Positions 25,801-38,300 of a DNA stretch of 57,843 nucleotides are shown in pieces (the first letter of the stretch is position 1; each line of letters opens with the position of its first letter). Source of the stretch: Trichodelitschia bisporula (Eukaryota). The notes beneath the pieces were generated by a model that saw only the letters and a list, made by a program, of their open reading frames with translations, had not been told where the DNA came from and ran no database searches. The position numbers and the translations under genes are program-made. The DNA lies in contig ML996702.1 of the NCBI GenBank assembly GCA_010356995.1, positions 558,001 to 615,843 on the forward strand. Direction: 5' to 3'.

Positions 25801-27897
25801 GCGCGAAATATATATGAGACACTCCGGGTAACTTCAGTCGCAAGCTTGCTGCGCTGTCCAGCCCACCGGGGGGTTGTGGGTATTTGCTTGGACGGGTTTT
25901 ATGGGGTCAACCCCGCGGGTCCCGGGTTGGTTCGACTGGCTCGACAATTCCAGACTCGTTTTAACTCAACAAGTTGCAAAGCCGACCGACGGAGAAGCGA
26001 TTGTGGTTGCGGTGGGCTAGCTCCGAATCGGAGCCCTGGCTTGCGCTCCCGACCCGCGCCGTGCCGTTCTTAACGCCTTACATAAGCCTACTGTTTGGCA
26101 GGCGGGGTGAAATCGCCGGGCTGCGCATTCTGATCCAACAAGCCCCAGGGCTGTTTGGGGACAGCCAAGTGAGTGCGCCATGGGCTCTGCGTCTTGCAAC
26201 CCCTCGTTTGCTGGTCGCATAGAGTTGGGTTTGAGGAAGAGGTAGGAATGCGGAGACAAACCGCTCCCTTTCGGCCTCTCCCGAACACGGAGAGCAGGAC
26301 CTACGAGAAAACCGAAAGAACGCGGGCACGAGAATTCACAACCCCCATGGCGCTTGGCGGCAAGTTGTACGCGCATCTCTGGTCTGATCATGGTGGCAGC
26401 GGATGCAGAGAAGCAGAAAGGTCGTCAAGAAGAGGGGTCTTTTCCCTTCTTCTGCCAAACTTGTGCGCTGGGGCACAAGATTCTTGCCCATAACTTCTCT
26501 CTGCTTCTCTCATCGTCGCCCCCAGCGCGGGGCAATCTCGCCATGGCTTTCTCGCCCTTGAGGTGGGAGAGGGGCGGGGGGTTCATGGTTGCGGGAAGTG
26601 TGTGTCTGGCATGCACTCGTAGCCATGGCGCGGATTGGCCGGAGGCTATGCGCTGGCTTCGACTCTCTCCCTTCGACGCTGGCATGCGCCGACTAGCTTT
26701 TTTGCGAAAGCAAAAGACTGGACGACGCTTCTTCGCCTGCTGCAGCCCGCAGCCCATTGAAATGATTGAGTGCGCAGTGATATTCAGCGTTTCCACCTGG
26801 GGAGGATGATGGGGGATCGGTGGGCGCGCGGATGGTGAACTAGTTCTAGTGCCGCCGATATTGGGCATGTCCGCGCCATGTCTGCGCTGAGAAGGCATCT
26901 TTCAAACGCCGTCGTTCTGTTGCTGTAGATGTTATGGGAATTAGCAAAGGAAGAAGACCTTGTTTTCATGATACTTGTTGCAGCAAAGCAGCATGCCCGT
27001 AGTTGGGCATTCCGGCGGCGCTCGAGGTCGGCTGCGCATAGCGGGCGCTTGCTTTTTATATACACAAGTTTGGCGCTGCGCAGATGATTTTACAGCTAAA
27101 TTATGATTGACGGTTTTTGAATCTGCTACTTTGATGCTCTTTGGCTTGCGTAAAGTGACATATCACGGGCATTGCGTTGTTTTGGGGGCACGAGGTTCCA
27201 TTCAGGCGACCGCCAGTTCCCCAACCTTAAGACTCGCTTCTTCAACTCCAGCGCCCTCCACTCTCCACCTCCACCTCTCCAACCGCCGAACACACCCACA
27301 ACAACCACAACAACCACCACACCTGATATGTAAGTAAATACCCGTTTTCCAGTCTCGCATTCTCGCTCGTCTTGATGCGCACCATTTGCCATCATTCTGA
27401 CGCCCGCGCCCTGCACAGTGCAACCGGCTCTCCTCAGACCAGCGACACAACGCAACATCCGCCATCAACCAGCGTCACGCTTCACTTGCTCATCACTGGT
27501 ATGTCTATCCCTTTGCTTGCATCCCGCGACCTGTGCGAGCCATCTTTGATGCCGCCAACTCGTTGCGTCTTGACAGTCGGGGGCCGCCTCGTCGCAGGAC
27601 CGCCCCCCCCCCCCTCTGACCAGGTTGAGGGCGGTCGCTGTCATCGAGCACTCCAAGCCATCGTTGCCAACGTGCATCAACTTGACTTTCATTCCATTCT
27701 CAATGGTACATCGCTAACATTTGGTCTCATAGACGCCTCCTCGCTGCTCGCTTCTCGCTCCCGATAGCCAGTCGCCGCGCTTGCGACACCGGCGAGAGCC
27801 ACCCCGGACCAGCTGGTACACTTTTATCCAACATTAATTCCGGCATTCCACACACCGATACATATATAAAACACTTGATCGAGGTCGTGGATTCAAG

Positions 27898-29897
27898 ATG
27901 AACGTTTCACACCTGCTCGCGGACGACAAACCGCAGCAAGGTGCGATGACGAACCTTGAGCCACACTTCAGGCCCAACGTCGACACCGATATGGTGAATG
28001 CATATCCATCGGAGTCAAATGGACAGAATGACAGGATGACATGCCGCTCGTCTTCGCATTCTGATTCGACTCTACTAGAATCAAGGTATACACCGCCGCA
28101 AGAGAAGAAGGTTGGAAAGAGCGTTACGTTTGAGTATCTCATGTCTGAACCGCTTGAGCGAAAAGCCCGCCTGCCGATGAGAGTCAAAATCTGGCCTCAC
28201 GACTGCACTGAATCTATCATTGCCACGGTCAAGAACTTCTATGGCCTCTACGATGGCAACGGTATCAGCTTCGAGGACAAGCACGGCAACACTCTGATTG
28301 CCCAGTACGATAACTTTTACCACGACATGACAGTCTATGTTCGTGTAGTCGAGGGTATCAACCCGGCGGGCACGCCTCGCAATTCGGCGTCGCCCAAGCG
28401 GCGGCGCCTTGAGCCTCCCTTTGAGCTGCAGCCCGGGCGCGACATCTCGAGGCCTTCTTCGCGCGCTCTTCTCAAACGAAGCACCTCCCCCACCGCCAAC
28501 CGCAGCCAACGCAGCGTCTCAGCTAGTACTAGCGCGAAGTTCCGCTCGCGCCCGAATCTCAAAGGCCAGGGCAGCTCACATGGAAGTCTGGTGGATGCCC
28601 ACGGTGACGGACACGACGGTAGCGACAGCGAAGGCGGCAATGGATCAGTCACTAGCTCGCGCCGTGGCAAGGTCGATGTTTTGGCGAGCGCTGAGATCAG
28701 CGTCGATAACATTGTCGAGGGTGGGCGGCGCAAGCGCCCGCGGTTCGATAGCTCAGTATGTTTTGACTCGTCTTTGTCACGAAACTTGCTAATAGAATGT
28801 AGGAGCTGCCACTGTTCGTGCCGTCGCAGGTGCCCATGCACACCTCGCAATCTTCCATTTCGCCCCAGCGCCGCGTCAGCAACAACGGCGCGTCTCCCTA
28901 CCAACCCCCATACCATCAGCCGTTTGCCTACACACCTGCTCTTCCTTCCCCGCAGAGCAACGGGCAACTGGAACAATGGCATATGCCGAGTGGATCTGCG
29001 TACGCGCAGGGGAACGGAGCTCGCCACCGTGGGAGCTTCCAGTATGGCGGGCCGCGTCCTGGCTACGGGCCTACTCCAGATCCCAGCATCAGCGTGATCT
29101 CAGACGAGGACGTCGCATTTCAGCTCATGCGTCTGGGTGATGCGTCTAACTTCTCGTCACATGGCCGCCTGTCGGCCTCTACGGTAGACGATGCGCTCAG
29201 CGGCAAGGCCGAAGTGGCTTCTTCTGCGGGCGATGCCAGCGATGAGGAGGCCCCCCACAACTGCACCCAGCCGAACGGCGGGCGCTACGAAAGCGAAGAG
29301 TACCACAGCGGTGAAGATTGTGACGACCATCGCGATGGGTCTTTCAAGGGGGAGAGCGACGGTCTCCAGCCCGAGGCAAACGGGTTCGCCAAGCCTCTGG
29401 AACCCAAGACGAATGGCGTGCCGCAGCGTGCTCGCTCCACCACAGCTCCGCGCAAAATCTTGAAGCCTGCTAAGATCCGGACGCAGGCTCCCGGCAAGAC
29501 CAAGGTCAAGACGGAGCCGGGCGCTAAGATGCCCATGTCGCCGGCGTCGCTGCCGGCACAATCACGCAAGACGTCGGCGGCCTCGGCCGCTGCCAAGATT
29601 GATCTCGGGCCCGACGAGGAAGATCTATCGAGCAAGCCGCGCTGCCAGCGCTGCCGCAAGAGCAAGAAGGGATGTGATCGCCAGCGTCCCTGTGGCCGGT
29701 GCCGTGACGCTGGACTTACCATCCATGACTGCGTCAGTGAGGACGAAGGAAATGGCCGCAAGGGACGTTACGGACGGCATATGGGGGTGATCATTAAGAA
29801 GGACCAGCCCATGGCCATCGAGGCGCCTCTCACCGGCATAACGACATCCATGGCGCCCCCTCCGCTCGCCGGCAACAACAAGAAGCGCAAGCGGTAG
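27898..29897 (+). CDS. Zn(II)2Cys6 binuclear cluster protein with a C-terminal cluster (~650 aa)
   Basis: Exons 27898-28755 and 28803-29897. CQRCRKSKKGCDRQRPCGRCRDAGLTIHDC lies near the C-terminus, which ends in an NLS-like KKRKR. Two likely 5'-UTR introns (27330-27418, 27499-27732). Confidence 0.88.
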
Positions 29898-31052
29898 ATG
29901 ATGCACTGACTTAGGGACGACTTTACGAATCGGGACCCGCCCCATGGTTACACGGCCTCACGGCCGCTGCTACACCCACGCGAATGATTTAATGTCTTTT
30001 TTTCCTTGCTGTCGGTCTTTACTTGTGATTTTCTCTATCTGCTCTGCGTGGACAATCTAGCTTGGATAGCCTCGACCCGGTGGCCGTTGCAATTGTGACA
30101 GAACGGGAGAGGAATGTCGGGTTAGTTGCGTTCATGCCTGTGTTTTTCTGCGGGGTTATGATGGTGCTTATCGGTTGTGATCTTTCCTACGGCGTCTTTT
30201 GTCTGGATGTGGGGAATCAGCGTAATGCTGGGGGAACGGGATGGGATGGCTCGGCTCTGGAGGCGGTGTGGGGAATAGGTGGGGGAAAGGGGTCGGGTCC
30301 AGAATGGTCATTTCGCTTGATGTCTTTGGCTTTGGTACTTTGGCTTTCCGATTTGCGAGGAATGTTTTCAATCGCTGGGGTTTCGGCGCGGTTGTGGTTA
30401 GATGCACGCAGCAATTCATGAAAGCTATTTCTCAGGAGAGTGACGGATGACGGATGACAATGACCACGATTTGCGCCTGAGGCAGGGGCTTGTTTAAGGC
30501 TGAAAGAGGCCTGAGGAAGATTTCAAGCCACATTGCCGCCCCCAGGAGATCGGACGGATGGCGGCCCGCCTAAAATAGCACAGCCACCCACCCGCGGCCC
30601 CCACAGATACGGTATTAACCCACAAGTCCGTCCGCTAGTCGGGTGTCAAGCTCAACGTCAGAGGATCAGCAACTTGGACAAAACATCTTCAATTTCCGCA
30701 CCGCGCCATTCACATCCGCCGTTCAGAGAGATTGTCAAAGGAGCCGCTGGTTCATCGTCGACCGCGCGCGTACGACGAACCTCTCGCCCGCTGGTCTCGC
30801 GCCCGCTGGCTTGCGCCCGTGGCTTCCCCCGTGGCTGCCAAGCCGGCCCGCAGCCGCCGCGCTAAGCTGCCGGTCTGTTTGAGGTGGGGAAAACAACGAG
30901 GCTGTGCCACCATTGGTTCCCTGTTTGAGGGGGGACGTCGTGCGTTTCTTCACCACTGTTGTTTGGGTTGTTGTTGTTTGTTGTTGTCGTCCTTACTCCA
31001 TCTCTGAGACGCTGGAGCTGGAAACGACGTGAGTGTGTTACAGCTGGCAAGC

Positions 31053-32991
31053 ATGGCCCCCGACGCCACCATGGACGACACCCCCCGCACCTCCATCCAG
31101 GCCCGCATCGCCGCCCTCCGCCTCGACCAGGTCGGCCGCAATTCTCCCCCCGATGCTGCCGCTGCGAAGAAGAAGCCCCCGCCGCCGCTGCCCAAGCGCC
31201 CGGCGGGAGACCGCCGCACCGAGTCTGTCCCCGTTCCGCCTACCGCGAACCGCACAATCGGCAATACACCGTCTGGCGCCGTCCCCGCCCCAAGCGGAGC
31301 GGCTACACCCCCCCTCCCCCCCCGCCGCTCCTCAATCACGCCCACGAACACTCCCCCAGCCCTACCGTCCCGCCCGCCCTCGCGCGTCCTAAGGAACCAG
31401 TCCTCGGCGAGCAGTCTCGCGTCCACGCTGTCGAACCGCACGACCACCTCCGTCAACTCGCAGACCTCTGTCCCGCGCATCCGCGCCCCGGAATATGACC
31501 CAGCGATCCTGCCCCCGCTACCCGAGCGCCGCAACACAGGCGAGGCAGAACGTATCCCCCTCCGGCCTACGGTCTCTGCTCCCGGTGCCGTACCCCGCGC
31601 GAATGGGGTGCCGAAACTCCCGTCCCGGCCCCCGCTTCCGGCACGGAGGGATACGCAGGATGCCGACCCCGCACCAATCCAGCGCCCGCGCCGGTCCCCG
31701 CTTGACTACGCCCTGAACAAGAGCACTGGCGTCCCACCCCCCGTACCCGTCGCGCGACCGGAAGCCGCTGCCGCTAAACCGCCTCCCGTCCCGCTGGCCT
31801 CTAAGCCTAATGTCGCCGCCCAGGCCGCTCAACCCATCGCAAGCAAACGTGCGGGCGAGTGCCTGAAGTGCCGGGACTTCAGTGCCGTCGATGCGCACGC
31901 CGCGCGTTTTCCACGGGAGGCCATCCCCTCACACGACGTCGGCTGGCTTGCGCGTGCCCTGACCGAGCCGTTCAACTCAGACACGGACAAAGCTAGAGCG
32001 ATATTCACATGGCTGCATCACAACGTAGCGTATGACACACAGGCCTTTTTCAGTGGTAATTTGCAGGCGAGTACGCCCGCCGGGACGGTGGCGAGTGGAC
32101 TCGCGGTGTGTGAGGGGTATGCGGGTCTTTACGCTGCGTTGGCGGCGAAGGCGGGGTTGCAGGCTGTTGTTGTTGGGGGCGATGGGAAGGGTGAGTGCTT
32201 CTTCTTTGTAGTTGTGGTGTGGTGCTGATGAGACAGGTTACGGCCACACACCTCTTGGACCGGGAGACCCTGTTCCGCCTCGAGGTGCGGCAAATCACGC
32301 CTGGTCCGCCGTGCGCATCGACGGAGGGGAATGGAAACTGCTCGACGCGTGCTGGGGCGCGGGCGTAGTCAACGGCCCCAACGAACCGTACAAGAAATCC
32401 TTCAACCCAAGTCAATTTACGATGAGCAACGACGAGTTCGGACTCACGCATTACCCGTTCGACGACAGGTATTTCTTCCGCGACGACGGCCGCCGGACCA
32501 TCTCTTGGGAAGAATACAAAAGATCCGATGCCGGCGGCGAGCCCGTCACCGTATACACAGGCGCGCAGGACATACACGGATTCGACGACAAGAGCTTCGA
32601 GCCGCACTTCAAGGCCATCCCCGTGAACGGCCCGGAACCGAGTGTGCGGTTTGCGTGGCATGCGGTGTGTGCGCACTGGGATCATGAGGCAAGGGGACAT
32701 GGGAAGCCGTATCTGTTTCTCATTGAGCTGAAGGACGACAAGGGCGAGCCGGTGTTTCAGCCCGTGCAGAGTGATGGGTATTGGTGGTGGGCGGATGTTA
32801 GTCGGCGGGATTTGGAAAGGGTGGGAAGGGGGAGGGATGTTAAGGCTATGTACCTCCAGAAGCGGATGGATCGGGATGGGAGGGGACTCACGATAAAGGA
32901 GTGGGAGAGTGGGTATCCGAGGGGGAAGTGGAGGCAGGGGAATTGGACGAGTTGGCAGTTTAATAGCGTGGCGTGTTGGACGCTGGTTTAG
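31053..32991 (+). CDS. Transglutaminase-like (kyphoscoliosis peptidase/Cyk3-related) protein with a Pro-rich N-terminus (~630 aa)
   Basis: Exons 31053-32190 and 32237-32991. Motifs KARAIFTWLHHNVAYD, AVCEGYAGLY, NHAWSAVRIDGGEWKLLDACWGAG give a Cys-His-Asp triad. Confidence 0.88.
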
Positions 32992-33167
32992 AGAGTGGGG
33001 GAGGTGAGGTTGGGTGGTATGGAGGCTGCATCATGACACGAAATTGGACCGTACTGCCCTCCGTCGCCTCGTAGGCACTCAAGATTGCACATTGATGCCG
33101 TAGTCACTTTCTTAGATGCCAGGCCAAAAAAGAGCTTCCATCCCAACTCTAGAAAGACAAAAAGAAT

Positions 33168-33269
33168 CGACAATGGCAGGATTCGAACCTACGCTCCCGA
33201 AGGAACTGCCTTACAACCCGATGAATCGGAGATAGCAGGGCAGCGCGTTAACCACTCCGCCACATTGCC
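33168..33269 (-). tRNA. tRNA-Ser(GCT) with 21-nt intron
   Basis: The reverse complement folds as acceptor stem GGCAATG/CATTGTC, D-arm GCG-GAGTGGTTAA-CGC, anticodon stem CTGCC/GGCAG with CT-GCT-A, a long variable arm and GTAGG-TTCGAAT-CCTGC. Intron 33212-33232; T5 terminator downstream. Confidence 0.95.
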
Positions 33270-35328
33270 TAATCGATAAAGATTGAAACATTTTATGCAT
33301 ACATGTACCGTGCAAAGCAAACCGGGAGGAGAGCGTCTGTCGTTCCTGCTGCGGTGAGATGGGATGCTGCCACTCTACAACTACAGGGCTGAAATGCGGG
33401 CTTCTGGGCCACAGACTCGCAATACTACGGCTACGATCTCTACGGTAACTCTCCTGCCAGGCCTCAGTCCTGTTCCTGGCCAACAAAGCGCCAGACCGGA
33501 ACACAGCTCAAGCCCATCCGGCCGCGCCGAAGACGAAGCCATGCGCACCACAGCACGCCCATCCCATCGCGACACCCTGCCCCGCGCCACCCCGCCAAAG
33601 CCAGCCGCGCCGCGCCCCGCCACGAGGCGTCCAGATCGCAGCTGCAGAGCACAACTGTGAGGTCTGCCGTCGACAGCGCAGCACCAACACCAGATGGCAG
33701 GGACTGTCGGGAAGCCAGCACAAGGCGGGGCGAAGCGGTCGATACCGTGCCTGCAGGGTACGTCGAGCTTACGGCGCAAGGCGCGGACGAGGCTCAAGGT
33801 CTATGCGAAAATATCGTAGCCACCCCATCCGCGAAGACGCAGAAGCGGGACGACGATGATTTTTATAAGTGGCCCGCGGCTGCTGTGAGTGTGCCAATCG
33901 GGGCGGGCCACGAACGCGGCCGGGATCGCTCAGCTGTGGCCGCTACGATGGCGGGCAGTGGGCTGCGGGGAGACGGCATGCTGTTGTATGAGATGCAGGT
34001 GTCTTGCGCGCTAGATTGCGGCTGGTGTGGACTGCTGCGCGGCGGAATTTTTCGGGCTTTGGTGGTTGTGCGCTGGAGATCGGGCTGCTTTGTACGAGGC
34101 CGAGGGCTTGGGCCGAGGCCGGGAAGCTACCTGGAAAAGTCGTGGCCGTTCGGCGTAGTCGCTTTGGCGTATCCAAGCGGCCACAACTTTATCGGACAGC
34201 CCCTGGCCGGTCGTGCCGGCAGCTGGGCATCGGAATTGTGGCATGCGATTGCGCCAGCGTACGATGTCCCGAGAGCGTGGATTTACTACGGTACTGTATG
34301 TCGATGTCTCGACGACGAGGATGAATCCACTGTGCTTCTCCGCGCTGTGAGGTTGCGCTGAGCGTGTCGACGGAATCACGCATTCCCGTGGAAGCAAACC
34401 GATATCACGACGTTTAAGTCTTGACCTGCATACGTCATAGGCTCTTGAATCCACGGTACACGTCCCGGTTGCCTGTCCGACCGGCTTTGGAGGCATTTTT
34501 GGTCATTCCTGGACATCCTGGGCCTTCAATGCTTTATGCTCGAGCGAAAATACATCATAGCAGCTGATAGAAAAATGCCTACATCCAGCGTAGTTCGACA
34601 CGATCAATGGAGTCGGTCCGGAGCTGCGGAAAATGTCGGCGGGCTTTGATGGTTCGGCCATCCCGGTTCCTCTTCCGCGCTCGGCGTCAAGTTCCTGCCC
34701 AACGCAATGCACTGGACAAGCCGAGGCGTCCATGTTACTGCCTTCCGGTTCTTTTATCTTATTTTTTTTTTGGTTCCGGCTAACGGCAAGGCCGGAGTGT
34801 TCGAGTGCAGTGATTGACCCTTCCAGCTTGGGGGATGATCATCAGATGCGCTGGGCGTGACGGGTAAGTGGTGGTCTGGAATGCCGCAGGATTGGAGGGA
34901 AAGAAAGAGGGGGTTGATTGACATGATTGACGCGCAGGGTGAGGCGATTGCCTTGTTTACCTGCTCCGGTCAGTTATCATGGGTTGATGGGTTGATCGGT
35001 TGATGGGATGATCCACTCGTTGGTCGCTACGACTAGACCGAAGCCCTTCTGTGCCCCGCAGCTGCTGTCTTCAAGCCTTGGAAATGGCGTTATCTTTTCA
35101 CTAGTCTTCAGCTCTCCCAGTCCCTCTACCAAATCTCCAGACTCTTCTCTTTGCGTCTCGTGCGCTCGTCACACCTGAACCTCCTTTCTTCCATCCTCAC
35201 CCTTTGCCCTCGTCATACACAGGCGATTATGATGTCCTTCCCACTTTGAGACTGATCTGCACCCCGCTGCATCGCACACTCCTTCCCCTCACATCACCAC
35301 GGAACACCCATCACCTACCGACACAGCC

Positions 35329-38300
35329 ATGGACCGCTCAATCTCCTACCTCGCCGCAAAGCGCTTCAAGCGCAACGACTCCTCCCAAACAAAGCGCGAC
35401 ACCAGCCCCTCCCCCTCCTCCTCATCAACTCTGCACCCACCTTCCCCCCTCCGCAACCGCACCGTCAGCTCCCCGGCCCACATCCCCCGCCCGGCATCCC
35501 CATCGCCCTCCCTCTCCCACAGCACTATCTCGGCCACACCCTCAGAACTAGAACGCGAACTAGAATCCAACCTCTCAGCCCTCGGCCACGTCGGCATCGT
35601 CAAGTTCCAGCGCGATCGCCTCAAGGCCGAGCTCAGCACCCAGCGCGCCGTCGCCCAGCGCCATGCCACTACCGCGAGCGCGCTGCGCAAGTTGGCTCTT
35701 AGGCTGGCGGTGCAGATCGGCGTGAGGGAGGCGAGGATTCGTGCGCAGAGTGAGGCGCTGAAGGGGGCACGGGGCGCGGCGTACAAAGCGGAGAGGAGGA
35801 GAGAGGATGTGGTGCGTGATCTGGTAGGGAAGTTGGAGGGGGTGGAGCGGAGGGGGGCGGAGCTCGTTAGGGCGCTGGACGGGAGGAGTCGTGGTAAGTT
35901 CTTTCTTTTGTCTGTTGGTTTCGTTGAAAGGAGTTGGGCTGAGATGACACAGGCCAGCCGCTCGACATCTCGTATATGACCCCGCCGCTGTCACCCCCTC
36001 AGAGCCCCGATACCCGCAAGTTGAGGCGCGTCCCGACTGGGTATATCAGTTCACAACCTCAGAGGCAGCAGGATATGCTGGCTGTGTGCGAGGCGCGTGT
36101 ACACGAACTGCTCTACGACTATGCGGCTGTTGAGCGCTCGGTTGCCGAGCTGCGTGCTAGCGAGGCATCGCTCAGGGGAAGTCTTGGGTCACAGAGTGCA
36201 CAGATGATTACACTGGAGAAGGAAAAGAGGGCACTAGAAGAACGAGTTAGGAAGGCAGTGAGGGAAGTTGAGAACCTGAAAGGGGCTTTAGTGGAACGGG
36301 ATGGTGCGGTTGCGGGGTTGAAAGAGAAGAAGCGTGAGTGGGACAGCATGCGGAGAGACTTTATACATCAGATCAAGAGTCTGAATGAAGATAAGGATGA
36401 GCTGGCGAAGACGTTGGAAGGTGTGCTGGACGACCTGGACAGGCTGAAGGGAGATCTCGGCGCGAACGTACAGCATATCGAGCAACTTGAGCATGAGAAA
36501 GTGGATCTTGAGGGCCAGCTACGGAACCGCGCGGCGCAGATCGAAGCTCTGGAAGGGAAGGCGAACGATACCGAAGCGGACCTCGCAAAGGCGCTCGCCA
36601 ACCTTACCGACCTCGAAACTCGTCTCAAGGATACAGAGTCGCGTCTCACAGCCTCGCAGCACTCCAGCAGCAAAGTCGAAGCCGAACTTGCCGCCGTGCA
36701 GGAATCCCTATCGAGCGTAACGACATCCCACAGCGAACTGCTCCAAGAACTAAAGGATGAGCACGAGAAACTGCTTGCAGTGCAAGAATCCGAAAAGGCC
36801 CTGCAAGCCGCCGCTGAGAAGGACAAGCACACAATCTCCGGCCTAGAGTCCGACAATATACAAGTCAAACAGCGCGCGGATTGCACCCAAGGCCAACTCG
36901 ACTCGGCACTGGCCACACTGGCCAACTTCGCGCAGGAAGATTCTCGGCTGCAGCACCGTCTTCGCGCTGAGGTTGACCGCTCCCTCGAACTCGAGGCCGT
37001 GGAGGCCGCGCTCAAGACTGAGGTATCCTCCGCACAGGAATCGATCTCAGATCTCGAGGCCCGTGTCGCGTATCTGCAGGCACGGCTCGGGGAAGAGCAA
37101 GAGCGGAGCCGCGAGCATGCTGCCGGTAGCGAGGACAAGTCCCGCGAACTGGAGGCTGCGCACTCGTCTCGCGAAGCACTACAAGCCGAGCTCGATAGCA
37201 CTCGCAAGGAACTCGAGCAAGCGCACGCAGAATTTGATTCCCGGCTACAGCAGAGCCTTCGCGCCGAAGTCGACCGCTGCCTTAAACTGGAAGCCGTGGA
37301 AGCAACCCTCAGGACCGAGATGTCCTCCGCGCAGGCCTCGATCTCAGATCTCGAGGCCCGCATCGCGCATTTGCAGGCACAGCTAAAGGAGGAGCAATCG
37401 CGCAGCCGCGAGCATGCAGCCGGCGGTGAGGACAAATCCCGCGAACTAGCAGCTGCGCACTCGTCTCGCAAGGAACTGGAAGCCGAACTGGACACCGCAC
37501 ATAAGGAACTCGAGCAAGCGCATGCCGACTTCAATGCCCGCTTGAGCGCGCTCAAGACATCGGAAGATGCCCTGCGGCAAGAACTCGCTGATGCAATGGC
37601 CCGGCTCGCGGAGGTCCTGGCCTACGGCTCGGAGCTCGAGGCGAAGCTTGGAGCTGAACGGGAACGGGTCGAGGGCCTCGAGGGCGAGGTCGCGAACGCT
37701 CATATCCGGACTGAGGAATTGGAGCAGCTACGTCAAGGGTTGGTTGCGGAGCTCGAGGACACGAAGGCCGAGGTACGGAAGCTGGAAGCTGAGCGATCGG
37801 CCCTGGAGTCTGGTCTTGAGAAATCCACGCGCGAAATCGAAGACTCGAGACGCGAGAATGCGGATCTGAAAGCCCGACTTCTCGAAGAAGAGGCGAAGTC
37901 CAATGTTGTACGGCCGGATCTGACCGAGGAACTGGACCAGCTGCGTCAGCAACTCGACGACGTGATCAAGTTGCGCGACCAGTACAAACAATCGACTGTC
38001 GGGGGCGAACAGCGCCTTTCAGAGCTCCAGCGCCAGTTGCACAGCCTGCAGACACAGGTCGTGAACGCGAAGGAGCGCGAGGCCGAGTTTAGTGTCCATC
38101 TAGCGGCGGCGCGGAGTGAGGCCGAGTGCCAGGGGCAGTTGGCTGAGGCTGCGAGTAAACAGTTGCTCGAGCACCAGGAGCGGCTTGCGGAGATGGAGGC
38201 GCAGATCACAGATATTCGGACGGGAGAGGAGAAGCTGAAGGCCGAGTTGGATGATGCTGTGGCTACGAGCGGCCGGCATGAGCAGGCCTCTGCGGAGGCG

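Noticed and set aside
33657..34361. 234-aa plus-strand ORF after tRNA-Ser(GCT)
   Set aside because: It starts with GTG and has no recognisable motif; I cannot support it as a gene, though a relic is not excluded.
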